A stretch of DNA of 64,000 bases, from NCBI GenBank assembly GCA_003707115.1, contig PPNB01000010.1, positions 62,001 through 126,000 of the forward strand. Direction: 5' to 3'. Shown piece after piece: positions 8,190-19,283 of the stretch. Below the pieces are notes generated by a model. The model was not told the DNA's origin and searched no databases. It saw only the letters and a program-made list of their open reading frames with translations. The stretch comes from Tortispora ganteri. Lineage: Eukaryota. The position numbers and the translations under genes are program-made. The stretch's first letter is position 1. Each line of letters opens with the position of its first letter.

Positions 8190-10019
8190 CTAATCGTGCA
8201 TTATGAATCCGATAGTATCCCGGTTGTCATCCAGCAACCGGGCATATTCAAGAAGTAGCAGCGCTAAGTAGGCATTTATATCCCCATTTTTTAGCACTAA
8301 ATTGGCATGATCCTTACCATTTAGCGCAATCCGTTCAGCTATACCTTGGTGCGGACTGATCACGCCATCCATACCAGTGAAATAAGTCAGCAGCTTCTGC
8401 CCATCGTCAAGTTGATTATCCATAGGAATAAAATGCAACCACGGGATAATGCGTGAATCGTGCCATTCGCGGAATATAGTCGCTTTGAAAGGCAAACTAT
8501 TACTCTCCAAGAAAGGCTTAAATCGCGCAGAAAATGAGTGTCCATCGACGTCAATCAGATACTTGTTTAGGTACTGATCAGTGCTTGGGACCATAGGCAG
8601 CGTCTTGTATAGATCATGCAGGAACTTACAATCCGGATCAGGATTACACCATTCCAAAGCATAAAATCCCACGTCTGCATGCTCTTCAAGGTACTCAGAC
8701 ATATCCGCAACGCAATCTTCGTAGCGTGGCTTACCGCCAAATCCAAAAGTCTCACAAAATAGTTTACCAATAGGCTGTCCAGGGTAGGACCCGTTGAACG
8801 TATCAACAAGTCGATTGCGGTGGATCTTCATGTACGTGTCAGGCATCTCAACACCTCCAGTAGTTATTCCTCTCCACATCATTACATCTTTTTTCTGGTT
8901 CCAGGGCACATCATGTTGTTCATCGTAGCCGTACATTCCCGCATTAACGATGTATTTATTTCCTGGATAACGAATGTCATTATTTACACTTGTCCTGCTT
9001 TCAGAAAAAACAGGTACCATTCTCCTGAATTTCTGGAGCGTAGGCGAAATAGACAAAAATCCGTGCTTATCATGGATAAGTGGTGCCACATTGCAGAGGT
9101 CACCGGAATAACTATAGTTGGACACAAGACCGTGGTAGTGGTACTTTTGGTAAATCTCATCCAAGTTGACGCCAAAATCTTTCCATTGCATAACCATCGA
9201 GTCTGGCGCACATGCATTATAAGCATGCTTGAACAGAGGCTGTCCAGAGAAATCCTCGTGTAGTATATCTCTTTTCTCCGAGTAGTCTGAAGCTTTCAAC
9301 GAATGTGAGTAGCTGCTAGATGTGATGTGTACCATGTCATTTGGAATTGAGGAGTTATAATTACGTTCCAACTCTTGGAGTTCTTCATAGGAAGCCAGCA
9401 CACGCGGCTGGTCACGTAAATTGATAGCGATTTCCATATCAGGCAGCAGATGGGCGACGTTACGAAACATCTCCACAACATCAGATATGCGGTAACCGGC
9501 AAAATTAGCACTTGTATTGCCCTCGGATATGGTTAGTATAGAAATTGCAGGGGATTCGCGCAAGCCATTTATATCTGCGCGAATATCTGCAGGTTTTATT
9601 GACCAGAAAGGACGCAGATCCTCATATATGGCATCATAGTGATCGAAGTCAACGACACCCTGTTCAATAGCAAACTCAAACCATTTATCAAATCCGGGTG
9701 GCGGCAACCGTTTGTGATCTCTGTGGTATTTTTCAACGTACTCTTTAAGCGTGTACTTCTTGTATTTTGGAGTGTGATTCAGGTAGGCTTCCAAGTAGAG
9801 CGCTGTCACAGGGTCGGCAGGAGGTTCACCTTGGAGCAAGCTGGTGAAGTATTGGTCGAATTCAGATACTGTCTGCGGAATGGATCTTGGACCTAACCGC
9901 TTGTAGTAATCAGAAGTTTTAGGCAGATTATTTATCCTCAATACCATGTAAGTTAAGCAGAGTACCAATATAATTGCTACGTAGCGTTGTAAGCCACGAA
10001 ACGATGTAGGGATCAACAT
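8190..10019 (-). CDS. CAP10-like glycosyltransferase family 90 protein, copy 2
   Basis: Paralogous to 5140-6993: PPPGFDKWF, NLRDQPRV, WRGITTGG, IDVDGHSFSARF, LLLLEYAR; N-terminal TM segment. Confidence 0.88.
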   Translation of the reverse strand: MLIPTSFRGLQRYVAIILVLCLTYMVLRINNLPKTSDYYKRLGPRSIPQTVSEFDQYFTSLLQGEPPADPVTALYLEAYLNHTPKYKKYTLKEYVEKYHRDHKRLPPPGFDKWFEFAIEQGVVDFDHYDAIYEDLRPFWSIKPADIRADINGLRESPAISILTISEGNTSANFAGYRISDVVEMFRNVAHLLPDMEIAINLRDQPRVLASYEELQELERNYNSSIPNDMVHITSSSYSHSLKASDYSEKRDILHEDFSGQPLFKHAYNACAPDSMVMQWKDFGVNLDEIYQKYHYHGLVSNYSYSGDLCNVAPLIHDKHGFLSISPTLQKFRRMVPVFSESRTSVNNDIRYPGNKYIVNAGMYGYDEQHDVPWNQKKDVMMWRGITTGGVEMPDTYMKIHRNRLVDTFNGSYPGQPIGKLFCETFGFGGKPRYEDCVADMSEYLEEHADVGFYALEWCNPDPDCKFLHDLYKTLPMVPSTDQYLNKYLIDVDGHSFSARFKPFLESNSLPFKATIFREWHDSRIIPWLHFIPMDNQLDDGQKLLTYFTGMDGVISPHQGIAERIALNGKDHANLVLKNGDINAYLALLLLEYARLLDDNRDTIGFIMHD

Positions 10020-10927
10020 TTTCGATTTCTATACAAACCAGCAATTTGTGCATAAATCAATACCAATAAAAATAACACAGATATTCTTGAGATCAACAAA
10101 AATATCCACAGGAAGCAACTGGCAATAAAATCTTGCACAGAAAGCGGTAAGTAAGTAGGCAACAGTGTCGTGGCCGAAATAGACCCTAATTTTAATGCGG
10201 TTTACCCTGCCTTACATGTTTGGTACACCTTTGATCTCTAATCAGTGAGTGGAGTTTCTCTTGAGCGCTATCTTTTGTTATATCGATAGAATGCGACAAA
10301 TTATTATCTTTAAATTTTTTCTGGAGCTTTTTAAAAATTATCTTAATCTGAAAGTATTAGAAACGTAAAGGTAGGATTGCAAAGAGATGCAATATGGTGG
10401 CACATTCGTCATGAAACTTTATTTTATGGATATATTAGATCTCAGATAACTAGAGATGATGAATCAATCCCGTCCGAGGCATTAATAGCGTCCTAAAATT
10501 TATAACAAAATATATTTGTATAATACTTCTAATTTGCTTTTTTATTGTTCACTCTAGGACCATATCGATGATTTTATCGAACATACTGACATGAAAATCG
10601 ATCTTGCCAGAATTAAACATTGTTGCTATTAAAGTTTAAAGTTTCTTTTCATCATTCCACGTCGATCTAGTGAATCATTCTTGTAGTAGTAAATGTTTAC
10701 TTTTTGGCGTACCAGAAGGCAGGCTATAGAATATAAAGTTTTATGCTTATATATATATATATACATAAATCATATATCAATATATACAAAGATGCATAAA
10801 TTAGCGTATATGTCGATACATGGATCAATAAAGGTATGGAATACCAAAACACGTTCATCACAATAGTCCTCCAGAGCGTAATTTATGTTCCAGAAACCCT
10901 CAAAACATATATCCCCGCCATTTTCTA

Positions 10928-12799
10928 TCATTCTTTATGGATGTATCCAATGTGATCACGGTCGTCATCCATTAACCGCGCGTACTCTAGCAATAAAAGC
11001 AACATATAAATCTGCACATCTTCTTGTCTTAAAACCAAACTGGCATGTTCTCTTCCATTCTGAGCAATACGTTCTGCCAGACCTTGATGCGGTTCAATCA
11101 CTCCCTCCATTCCAGTAAAGTATGTGAGAAGTGTCAAAGCGTCATCTAGAGAGTTGTCTATGGGTATAAAATGTAACCAGGGTGTGATTCTTGAATCATG
11201 CCATTCTTTGAATATAGTAGCCTTAAAAGGCAAACTCCTGCTCTCAAGGAAGGCCTTGAAGCGGGCTGAGAATGAATGCCCGTCAATGTCTATCAGGTAT
11301 TTGTGCGTGTATTGATCCGTACTTGGTATAGTCGGTAGTATCGCATACTGCTCACGAAGAAAATCACAACGGTCACATCCAATGGAATAAAAGCCCACAT
11401 CTGCGTGCTCTTTCAGATAGGCTGACATTTGGATATTACAGGGTGTAAAATCATCCCTACCGAACTTGTCTCGAACCTCACAGAGTACCGTATCCATTGG
11501 TCGATAAGGGTATGACCAGTTAAACAGGTCTATTAAAATAGGACGATGGATCTTCGGAGAGCTATCAGGTCGATAAATGCCACCAGTAGGCACTCCTCGC
11601 CACAAAATTATATCCGACTTGTCGGCCCAAGGAATATCGTGATGCTCGTCGTACCCATAAGACCCGGTGTTAACGAGATATTTATCTCCTGGTATGCGTA
11701 TATCCTGGTTCAGACTAGTTTTAGCAACTGAAAAGACAGGTGCTAGTTGTTGAATCTTTTCCAGCGTAGCTGGAGCAGACAAAAACCCATGCTTGTCGTA
11801 TATCAGGGGTCCAACAGTGCATAGATCCTTTGACATTTCAAAGTCTCTTACAAGACCACGATATTTGTAGAGCGGCTCTATTTCACTTGGGTCTATTTCA
11901 CTCTCAATCCATTTTCGGAGTGGCGAGTCTTCGGGACACGAAATGAATGCATGCGAGAATGTGTCCTTGCCAGTGTATGTTTCGAGGGTGAGTTCTGTAA
12001 ACTCGCTGTGATCTTCGAGCAACAAGCTGTGAGAATACGTGCCCGAAGTTACGGGCAAAAATCCCATCTCACTATACTGTATAGAACCAAATTTTGAATC
12101 TCGAAGTTCTTGTATAAGCTTATCAGGAAGCATGACACGCGGTTCGTCGCGAATGTTAAGAACGAACTCCATGTCGGGTAGGTACCGTGCAATTGATTCC
12201 ACCATTATTTTGACATCACTTATACGATATCCGTCAATAGTGGAGTGAACTTCGCCATTCTTAATCGTTATCACAGCAAAATACGGGAGCTGCATCAGAC
12301 CTTTCATTGCACCTCTTATATCTGACGCGGGGACCTTCCAGAACAGTTCCAGGTCTTCATAAATGGCGTCGAAATGGTCGAAATCAACACAGCCTTTCTC
12401 CAAGGCAAACTTGAACCAAGTGTCAAAACCAGGAGGAGGGGCTCGACCGTGCTGGCGTTGGTACTTGAGCGTGTACTCTTTGAGAGTGTACCGTCTGTAG
12501 CTGGGGCGATGATTCAGGTATGCGTCGAAATACAGCTTTGCGACCGGATCAGAAGATTCAACTTCTCCTACAATATTATCTGCGTACTTATCAAAGTCAG
12601 CCAAGTTCTCTGGGATTTCCACGTACACATTCTTGTTTAAGGATATTTTTGGAGTGTAGCGGTATAGCGATTCGCTGGAGACCAGCAGAATCATAGACAA
12701 CACTGCTGTAATAGCGATTATTGTCACTGCAGTTCTATTGCTACTCATAACAATGCTTGCCACCAACTTGCGGGCGTACTGCAGCAGCCTACTCGTCAT
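10928..12799 (-). CDS. CAP10-like glycosyltransferase family 90 protein, copy 3
   Basis: Same motif set (HGRAPPPGFDTWF, NIRDEPRV, WRGVPTGG, IDIDGHSFSARF, LLLLEYAR); N-terminal TM segment. Confidence 0.88.
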   Translation of the reverse strand: MTSRLLQYARKLVASIVMSSNRTAVTIIAITAVLSMILLVSSESLYRYTPKISLNKNVYVEIPENLADFDKYADNIVGEVESSDPVAKLYFDAYLNHRPSYRRYTLKEYTLKYQRQHGRAPPPGFDTWFKFALEKGCVDFDHFDAIYEDLELFWKVPASDIRGAMKGLMQLPYFAVITIKNGEVHSTIDGYRISDVKIMVESIARYLPDMEFVLNIRDEPRVMLPDKLIQELRDSKFGSIQYSEMGFLPVTSGTYSHSLLLEDHSEFTELTLETYTGKDTFSHAFISCPEDSPLRKWIESEIDPSEIEPLYKYRGLVRDFEMSKDLCTVGPLIYDKHGFLSAPATLEKIQQLAPVFSVAKTSLNQDIRIPGDKYLVNTGSYGYDEHHDIPWADKSDIILWRGVPTGGIYRPDSSPKIHRPILIDLFNWSYPYRPMDTVLCEVRDKFGRDDFTPCNIQMSAYLKEHADVGFYSIGCDRCDFLREQYAILPTIPSTDQYTHKYLIDIDGHSFSARFKAFLESRSLPFKATIFKEWHDSRITPWLHFIPIDNSLDDALTLLTYFTGMEGVIEPHQGLAERIAQNGREHASLVLRQEDVQIYMLLLLLEYARLMDDDRDHIGYIHKE

Positions 12800-13665
12800 G
12801 TCAAGGGTAGCCCTAGGGGAGCCAGAAAAATGTCGAGAGGTAGTATGCCGCTGCTGTTCATTTGCCCTTTAAATTTAGGTTTACCGCTAAGTTAAAGGGT
12901 TAGGGTATTCAATTTATCATATAAATGATTATCCGTGTCGTTTTCTCGAATTTGAACTTCATGTCTTCCTAAAATATTTATATTTGAATTTAGTACAATA
13001 TATAACTATAATATGATTGTAGTTGAGAATGGTAGATGTAGTGGAGTTGCGTAAAGGTTAACAATACAGCGGATATTACTGACGGATCAGTCACTTCTAA
13101 TTCAAAGCAACCAAGTCCATGCACAATGCAATCTTGCTTTCGAGGTAATATTATCAATACTTCAAATTGAGATTACTTACGTACTTCATGTCGTTATTTG
13201 ATACTTTTCTGTTGATTACAAGCGGATTTCCGCAGTAAACGCAAATTCGGTGAGAAGAAGGTATACATTTTATATCTTCCTTGCAACTCTAACCTTCAAA
13301 TAACTTTTTAGCCGCACGGGCTGTGATTACCCCAAACAAGCGAAAGCGCGACAATTAGACAATCACGACTTCTTTGCATATTGAAAATTGGTATATTTCA
13401 ATTATAATCTATACTATGACTATTAGAGTGTGCTCAAGCCTGTAGCGACGTTATCGTTCAGCCAACAAGGGTGGTTGCCCATTGGTGCCCTGTAGAACAC
13501 CCTGAACCCTTACGCTCCCCAAATCAGCAGTATCGCCCTCCCCCCGCCTTAACGAATCTGCAATTCTAATTGCGTCAATCACCGGCGGACAATTAGACTT
13601 AGAAAAACATACCCATAGACGGTCTTATTGTTGGGAACTGTATACGCTAGTTAGATAATTGCAGT

Positions 13666-16569
13666 ATGTGGTTGCTGCTTCTTCTCATATTCAACTCGTG
13701 GCTTGCCCTTGCTGACTCGGCCTTCGAATTGCCTGTCTACTTGGGTACGACTCAGCCAGATGATTGTCCTCCTTGCTTCAATTGTCTTCTGCCTTCATTC
13801 AAATGTCAACAGTTTTCGAAATGCAATGAGCTAGATGGCCGTTGTATTTGCCCACCTGGGTTTGCAGGTGAGAATTGTGGCACTCCCGCCTGCGGTTCTC
13901 TAGCTCAAGGCCCCAATCGCCATCCGAGAAGCGATGATTCCCCTTGCGAATGCGATGAAGGATGGGAAGGACTTATATGCAACGTGTGCAGCACCGACAC
14001 CGCTTGCGATGCGCTCATGCCTGAGGGAGTGAATGGCACCTGCTACAAGGGCGGCCTTGCAGTCAAAGAGAACCACCAGATCTGTGATATCACCAATCGA
14101 AAGATCCTAGACATCCTGAATGGCAAGATCCCCCGCGTAACGTTCAGCTGTAATGCTGATCATGAAACCTGTAATTTCCAGTTTTGGATCGATCAGCGTG
14201 AAAGCTTTTATTGTGGTCTCGAAAACTGTTCTGCTGTTGCACAGAGCGGAACTCTCCAATACGAATGTCAACGCATATCTTGTGATTGCGTGCCCGGTCG
14301 CATGCTTTGTGGTGAAAACGGCTCTATAGACTTAACAGATTTTTTGCAATTGTCGATTAAGGGTCCAGGACAGTTTACTTGTACTGACAATGGAACCAAC
14401 TGCGAATTTTCTGAACCACAAATGAACAACTTAATTAAAGCTGTCTTTGGAGACTCCACGATTACCATGCATTGTAATAGTGGGGAGTGCTTGCACTATA
14501 CCGAAGTTCCTGGTTATTCCCCTCCTCAAAAAACAGTCAACAAAAGACTTGTAATGCTCTCACTGATAGCTGTCTTTATCACCATCGTTATTGCCGCTGG
14601 TCTAATTATTTATTTTGCTCGGACTACATGGCTGCCTAAGTCTGGCGGCTCAGACTCTGACGCAACTTTGCCTTCAAATTCAGAGATGTCAAAATTGCTT
14701 GTCGGCCATGTCGATATGACTCTTGCCTTTAGCAACATCGGATATACTGTTGAATCGAAACCTATTATTTCTGGGATAAATGGTATCGCTAGACCTCGAG
14801 AACTTACCGCAATTATAGGTGGATCTGGTGCTGGGAAAACTACTTTGCTTGACATTCTTGCTTGTCGCAATAAATCCGGTACCATTTCTGGAGATGTTTA
14901 TCTTAATGGAAACAAAATTGTGAAATCTTCTGTATATTCTGCCATGGGTTTTGTCGATCAAGATGATATCCTGATGCCTACTTTAACTGTATATGAAACA
15001 GTTCTTAATGCTGCTGAGCTGAAACTTCCCTCTTCTATTCCTCGCAGTGCCAAGTCAGCTCGGGTACTGGACATTTTAGCTGAACTTGGCATATTCCATA
15101 TCAAAGACCAACGAATCGGCAGCCAGGAAAGCCGAGGAATATCCGGTGGTGAAAGAAAAAGAGTAGCTATTGCTTGTGAACTTGTCACTGGGCCATCTAT
15201 TCTATTCTTAGATGAGCCTACTTCTGGCCTTGACTCATACAGTTCACATCAAGTTGTTGAATCGATCGTTCGCCTCGCAAAGGAATTTAATTGCACTGTC
15301 ATCATGACCATCCACCAGCCGCGTTCAAATATATTTGCATTGTTTGATCGTCTTCTTCTTCTTGGAAAAGGAAACACTGTCTATTCCGGAGCATGCTCTG
15401 ATCTTGCTCAGTATTTTGAAGATATAGGCTATAAATGTCCTCCTGGGTATAACATGGCAGAGTACCTAATTGACCTTACTATGGGTGGTGTTGATTTTGC
15501 TAACGATAATGCATCACCGGGCAGCAATGGCCAAATTGTGGCTAATTCGACTACTGATAATGGCGAAACCTCGAATTCCAATCTACTAGACTTACTTGTG
15601 AGCCATTTCAGTAACTCTTCTATTGGTAAGTCTCTTACCACTGAAATAGATTCATTAACCAGGTCAGCGTCCGAGACAGAATATGGTGATAATTCCAGTG
15701 ATAACCATACCCTTTTCCCTGCCGCATCTAAATCCAGATTTTGGATACAGTTTAAGGTACTCTCTTCTCGTGCATTCATCAATATATATAGAAGCCCTCT
15801 TCTATTATCTAGTCATTATGTCATGGCAGTGATATTAGCGGGAGTCTGCGGATCATTGTACTATAATGTCACTAATGATATTTCAGGGTTCCAGAATCGA
15901 CTTGGACTTTTCTTTTTCTTGTTGACGTTATTTGGATTCAGTACCCTTACTTCATTGAACTTATTCGCTGCTGAACGTGCATTATTCTTACGTGAACGAG
16001 CCAAGGGATACTACTCTCCGTTTGCTTATTTTGCATCTAAAGTTCTATTTGATGTGATTCCTTTACGAGTGTTTCCTCCATTGCTGCTTGGTTTGGTGAT
16101 ATATCCGCTGGTAGGATTAACCACTGAGGGGTCAACTATGCCGAAATTTTTGCTTGTTTTGACCTTATTCAACTTAACAGCTGCCGCAATTTTCTTTTTC
16201 ATAGGCATTGTTGTACGTGATGGCAGTGTCGCTATACTTTTTGGAATATTGGTCATGTTGTTTGGTCTCTTATTTGCAGGACTGTTCTTAAATCACGACT
16301 CTATTCCGAAATATGTGCTGTGGATGCAAGATCTTTCTATATTTCATTATGCTTACGAAGCAATGATTGTCAATGAAGTTCGCTATCTAACGCTGGTCGA
16401 AAAGAAGTTTGGTTTGTCTATTGACGTGCCTGGTGCTACAATCTTGAGCACATTTGGATTTGATGCAGCCGCATACTGGACTGATGTGTATGGACTGATA
16501 ACTATTTTGATCAGTTTTTTCGCATTAGCATACTTGGGAATGTACTTTTTCCTTGTCGAATCTAGATGA
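13666..16569 (+). CDS. ADP1: ABCG half-transporter Adp1 with N-terminal Cys-rich EGF-like region
   Basis: Signal peptide, CPPCFNC/EGF-like repeats, TM segment, Walker A GGSGAGKTT, signature ISGGERKRV, LFLDEPTSGLD, and C-terminal ABC2 membrane domain. Confidence 0.93.
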   Translation: MWLLLLLIFNSWLALADSAFELPVYLGTTQPDDCPPCFNCLLPSFKCQQFSKCNELDGRCICPPGFAGENCGTPACGSLAQGPNRHPRSDDSPCECDEGWEGLICNVCSTDTACDALMPEGVNGTCYKGGLAVKENHQICDITNRKILDILNGKIPRVTFSCNADHETCNFQFWIDQRESFYCGLENCSAVAQSGTLQYECQRISCDCVPGRMLCGENGSIDLTDFLQLSIKGPGQFTCTDNGTNCEFSEPQMNNLIKAVFGDSTITMHCNSGECLHYTEVPGYSPPQKTVNKRLVMLSLIAVFITIVIAAGLIIYFARTTWLPKSGGSDSDATLPSNSEMSKLLVGHVDMTLAFSNIGYTVESKPIISGINGIARPRELTAIIGGSGAGKTTLLDILACRNKSGTISGDVYLNGNKIVKSSVYSAMGFVDQDDILMPTLTVYETVLNAAELKLPSSIPRSAKSARVLDILAELGIFHIKDQRIGSQESRGISGGERKRVAIACELVTGPSILFLDEPTSGLDSYSSHQVVESIVRLAKEFNCTVIMTIHQPRSNIFALFDRLLLLGKGNTVYSGACSDLAQYFEDIGYKCPPGYNMAEYLIDLTMGGVDFANDNASPGSNGQIVANSTTDNGETSNSNLLDLLVSHFSNSSIGKSLTTEIDSLTRSASETEYGDNSSDNHTLFPAASKSRFWIQFKVLSSRAFINIYRSPLLLSSHYVMAVILAGVCGSLYYNVTNDISGFQNRLGLFFFLLTLFGFSTLTSLNLFAAERALFLRERAKGYYSPFAYFASKVLFDVIPLRVFPPLLLGLVIYPLVGLTTEGSTMPKFLLVLTLFNLTAAAIFFFIGIVVRDGSVAILFGILVMLFGLLFAGLFLNHDSIPKYVLWMQDLSIFHYAYEAMIVNEVRYLTLVEKKFGLSIDVPGATILSTFGFDAAAYWTDVYGLITILISFFALAYLGMYFFLVESR

Positions 16570-16636
16570 ATTCGCGCAACTAATGACACTATACTGCATT
16601 TCTATTTGTTCTATAGGTTTAGTTTAATAGCTATTA

Positions 16637-17162
16637 TCACTGTAGGGCGGCAGGATTCCAGAACCGTGCTCCGCGAGGATCGTGTTCTCCAAGATACTCC
16701 ATTTCATCGGCAATCCATGCCTTCATCTTGTCTTTTACAAATGCAGATAAGTCCCACTCTTCGTCTAACAACAATTTTGATCCTGCAGCCCACTCGTAAA
16801 CCCAAGCATCGATCAGCACCTGTGAATGCAGATCTAACACCTTCACCGCCACCCTTTTGTATTCATCTCCTTCAAAAATATCTAACTTCTCCATATCCTT
16901 TTCGGTTAAATTAAATGCTACAGTCCCATCAACGCAAGCACCTTCGCTCGGAATAATTCCAGGATAGTCTCTGCCCTTCAGCTTTCGCCGACTGTAATCA
17001 TTCAACCGAGCTGGATGAATCGCAATGTTATCTGACGGCTTAGTGGAACCATTAGTAACTCTTCCAAGTACTTCAGGAGTCATTAATGTACCATAACTAA
17101 CGTGTTAATGTCATTTCTTAGGCAAATCATTTAAATACTTACAAGAAAGCCGTGAATGACAT
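16637..17162 (-). CDS. AIG2-like / gamma-glutamylcyclotransferase-fold protein (2 exons, 159 aa)
   Basis: Exon 1 17162-17143, 46-nt intron 17142-17097 (GTAAGT...CATTAAC...TAG), exon 2 17096-16637. Splicing restores the family motif FFYGTLM; also YPGI and LDIFEGDEYKR. Confidence 0.85.
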
Positions 17163-19283
17163 TTATAGTCGATAGATAAGTTCTCGAGTTGGGACTTGAA
17201 ACTCTAAAATACCCGGAAAATATAGCGCGATAAGTCAACACCAACTTAATTATGGAACCAATTGTTTAGTAGATTAATGAAATTAATGAAATGAACGAAT
17301 AGATTCACAGGTATCACGTATATGTAGTGACAAAAAACTATCTGCAAGCTTCTTGTCATTAATCAAACGTATCAGAAAAAAAATAAACATGAAGAACGAA
17401 CTGAAACATGATGTACGGACACTGCAATATAGAGAGTTAAATGAATACCTGGTTCGACAAAGGAACGTCGAATGCGATTTAACCAAATGCTAGAGCGCTC
17501 ACAGTTCATTTCAGGACACTCTATTCTGACGATAGAGTGTCATAAATGATGGTACTCATACCTGAATTAATCAGCCTTTCATATAAAGCCGATATAGGCA
17601 GGTATTATTATTGATTTCTCAGCCGTAACCATATAGACAACGCATGGTCGTGGTCGCTGGTAATATTTAACTGACCTCATTAAGCGCATATCAGAATTTA
17701 TGCAGTTAATAGATCATTTTCATGACGAGCGGTGCCGTTTTCAAACTTGCGAAGCTTGTATATTCAGCTCAGGCCAGGACACCACTAGCAGAAACACTTC
17801 CTGACATCTCATTCTGTCCAAAAGCTATTGAACTAAAGAGTTAGAGACATGTTGTAGCAACCTATTGAACTTCTAGCAATGGACATGGACGAACGAATGA
17901 ATCAGAATCATCGTAGATATACTAGATTTCTGTGAAACTAGTTTGAATATCGTATCTCTAAGGCTTTTCACTAGCTCAGAAATAAGGAAACATTAAAGCT
18001 TTGTTTTCACTTGACGGCCAAGGGAAAATGCAGTCAAACAATTTACAAAATATCCCAGAATAGAATAAGCGCCAGTTATAATCGGTCTCTTAAGTGAGTA
18101 ACTCTATCTCTTAAGCAAAGAGAAGAAGCCTAACTTAGTTTGAGATTCCTAAAACGATTAAATCAAAGGTAAGCTAAGGTAAGCTAAAAACATATAGTCA
18201 GAAAGTTGTAGCTAATTCTTAGGGCGTTCAAGATCTTTTTGCAGCATATCTGAAGTATCAACTTCAGTGTAGATGTACAGTCAGATGCGTCTTCAGAACC
18301 TAATGCCTGAAAATATACTGCAAAATATAATGATCCAATTCACTAAAGTGTATTCTTCTGGACAGTCGAATCAATGATTCGCATAAAAGCAAACCTAAAT
18401 ATTAAAGAAAGCTCCTTTGCATACAAAGAACATCAATTGCCGAGCCAAGAAAATGAAATAAAGCATATTTTATGGTTCTCACTTAAAAGATTCTATTAGC
18501 AAAAGCTTAGACCAGATATATCGAGGCAGTTAGAGTAGCCAAATAATAATATTATATGTGACTTAATTCAGAGACTATTCGGCTAATACTGATCACTGTT
18601 AAGATAAAAGGATACAGTGATGACAGTATTGACGAACTTCGATATAGCAAATGAGTTCAATAGATAAGTGAGCACCTGGCTCTTGATGACAATCGTATCT
18701 CGAGCGTAGTAAATCTTAAGATATTCAAAGTTTGGGGGTAGATACAAAAGTGGCTCGATCCGACTTTAAGCTTCACGGACTTATAGATCAAAGGAATCCA
18801 CTATCGTAACACATGTATCCTAATTCCATACCTTCACATTCTTCAAATCTACAAAGAAATTCCCGGTGCAAATCGGAGTATTGCTGTAGGTTTTGTACAG
18901 TATGGTTATAATGAAATATTACACCAATACGCTCGACCTATTGTCAATTACTAGTATTCTTTGAAATCCACGCAGTCAGAGTTCTGAACCGCTAGCAGAA
19001 CTGAACTACTAGCAGAGCTGAATCACTCATAAAATAGTACAGGAAGAAGTAATACAATATCAATCTATACACGGGAAATAAAAATTCATTTCTTTAAAAT
19101 TGTGGAATAGATAAACAAATGAAAGAGTTAACATGGGAGTATATATAGTGGAGAGGTGTCATTGTTCTGGTATCATTGTTCTTGAGCAGAAGATCTTGTG
19201 ACTCTAACAACTAAGGATTGAAAGTGTGCGTATAGAAACCAGTATAAATAAGCGTAATATAACATAATAACTGTAAAATATAT

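Noticed and set aside
12896..12906. Telomere-like motifs (agggttagggt here; ttagtcaggg near 2639)
   Set aside because: Single short copies in promoters. They are not an interstitial telomere array and at most are possible Tbf1/Tay1-type sites.
17448..17465. ggttcga B-box-like motif suggesting a tRNA
   Set aside because: No A box, cloverleaf or T-run terminator.
18166..18187. aaggtaagct duplication as a telomerase RNA template
   Set aside because: Not a typical G-rich telomeric unit, and no supporting structural elements were identified.
18617..18720. Two TGATGA motifs suggesting a C/D snoRNA
   Set aside because: No suitably placed CTGA box D or terminal stem.
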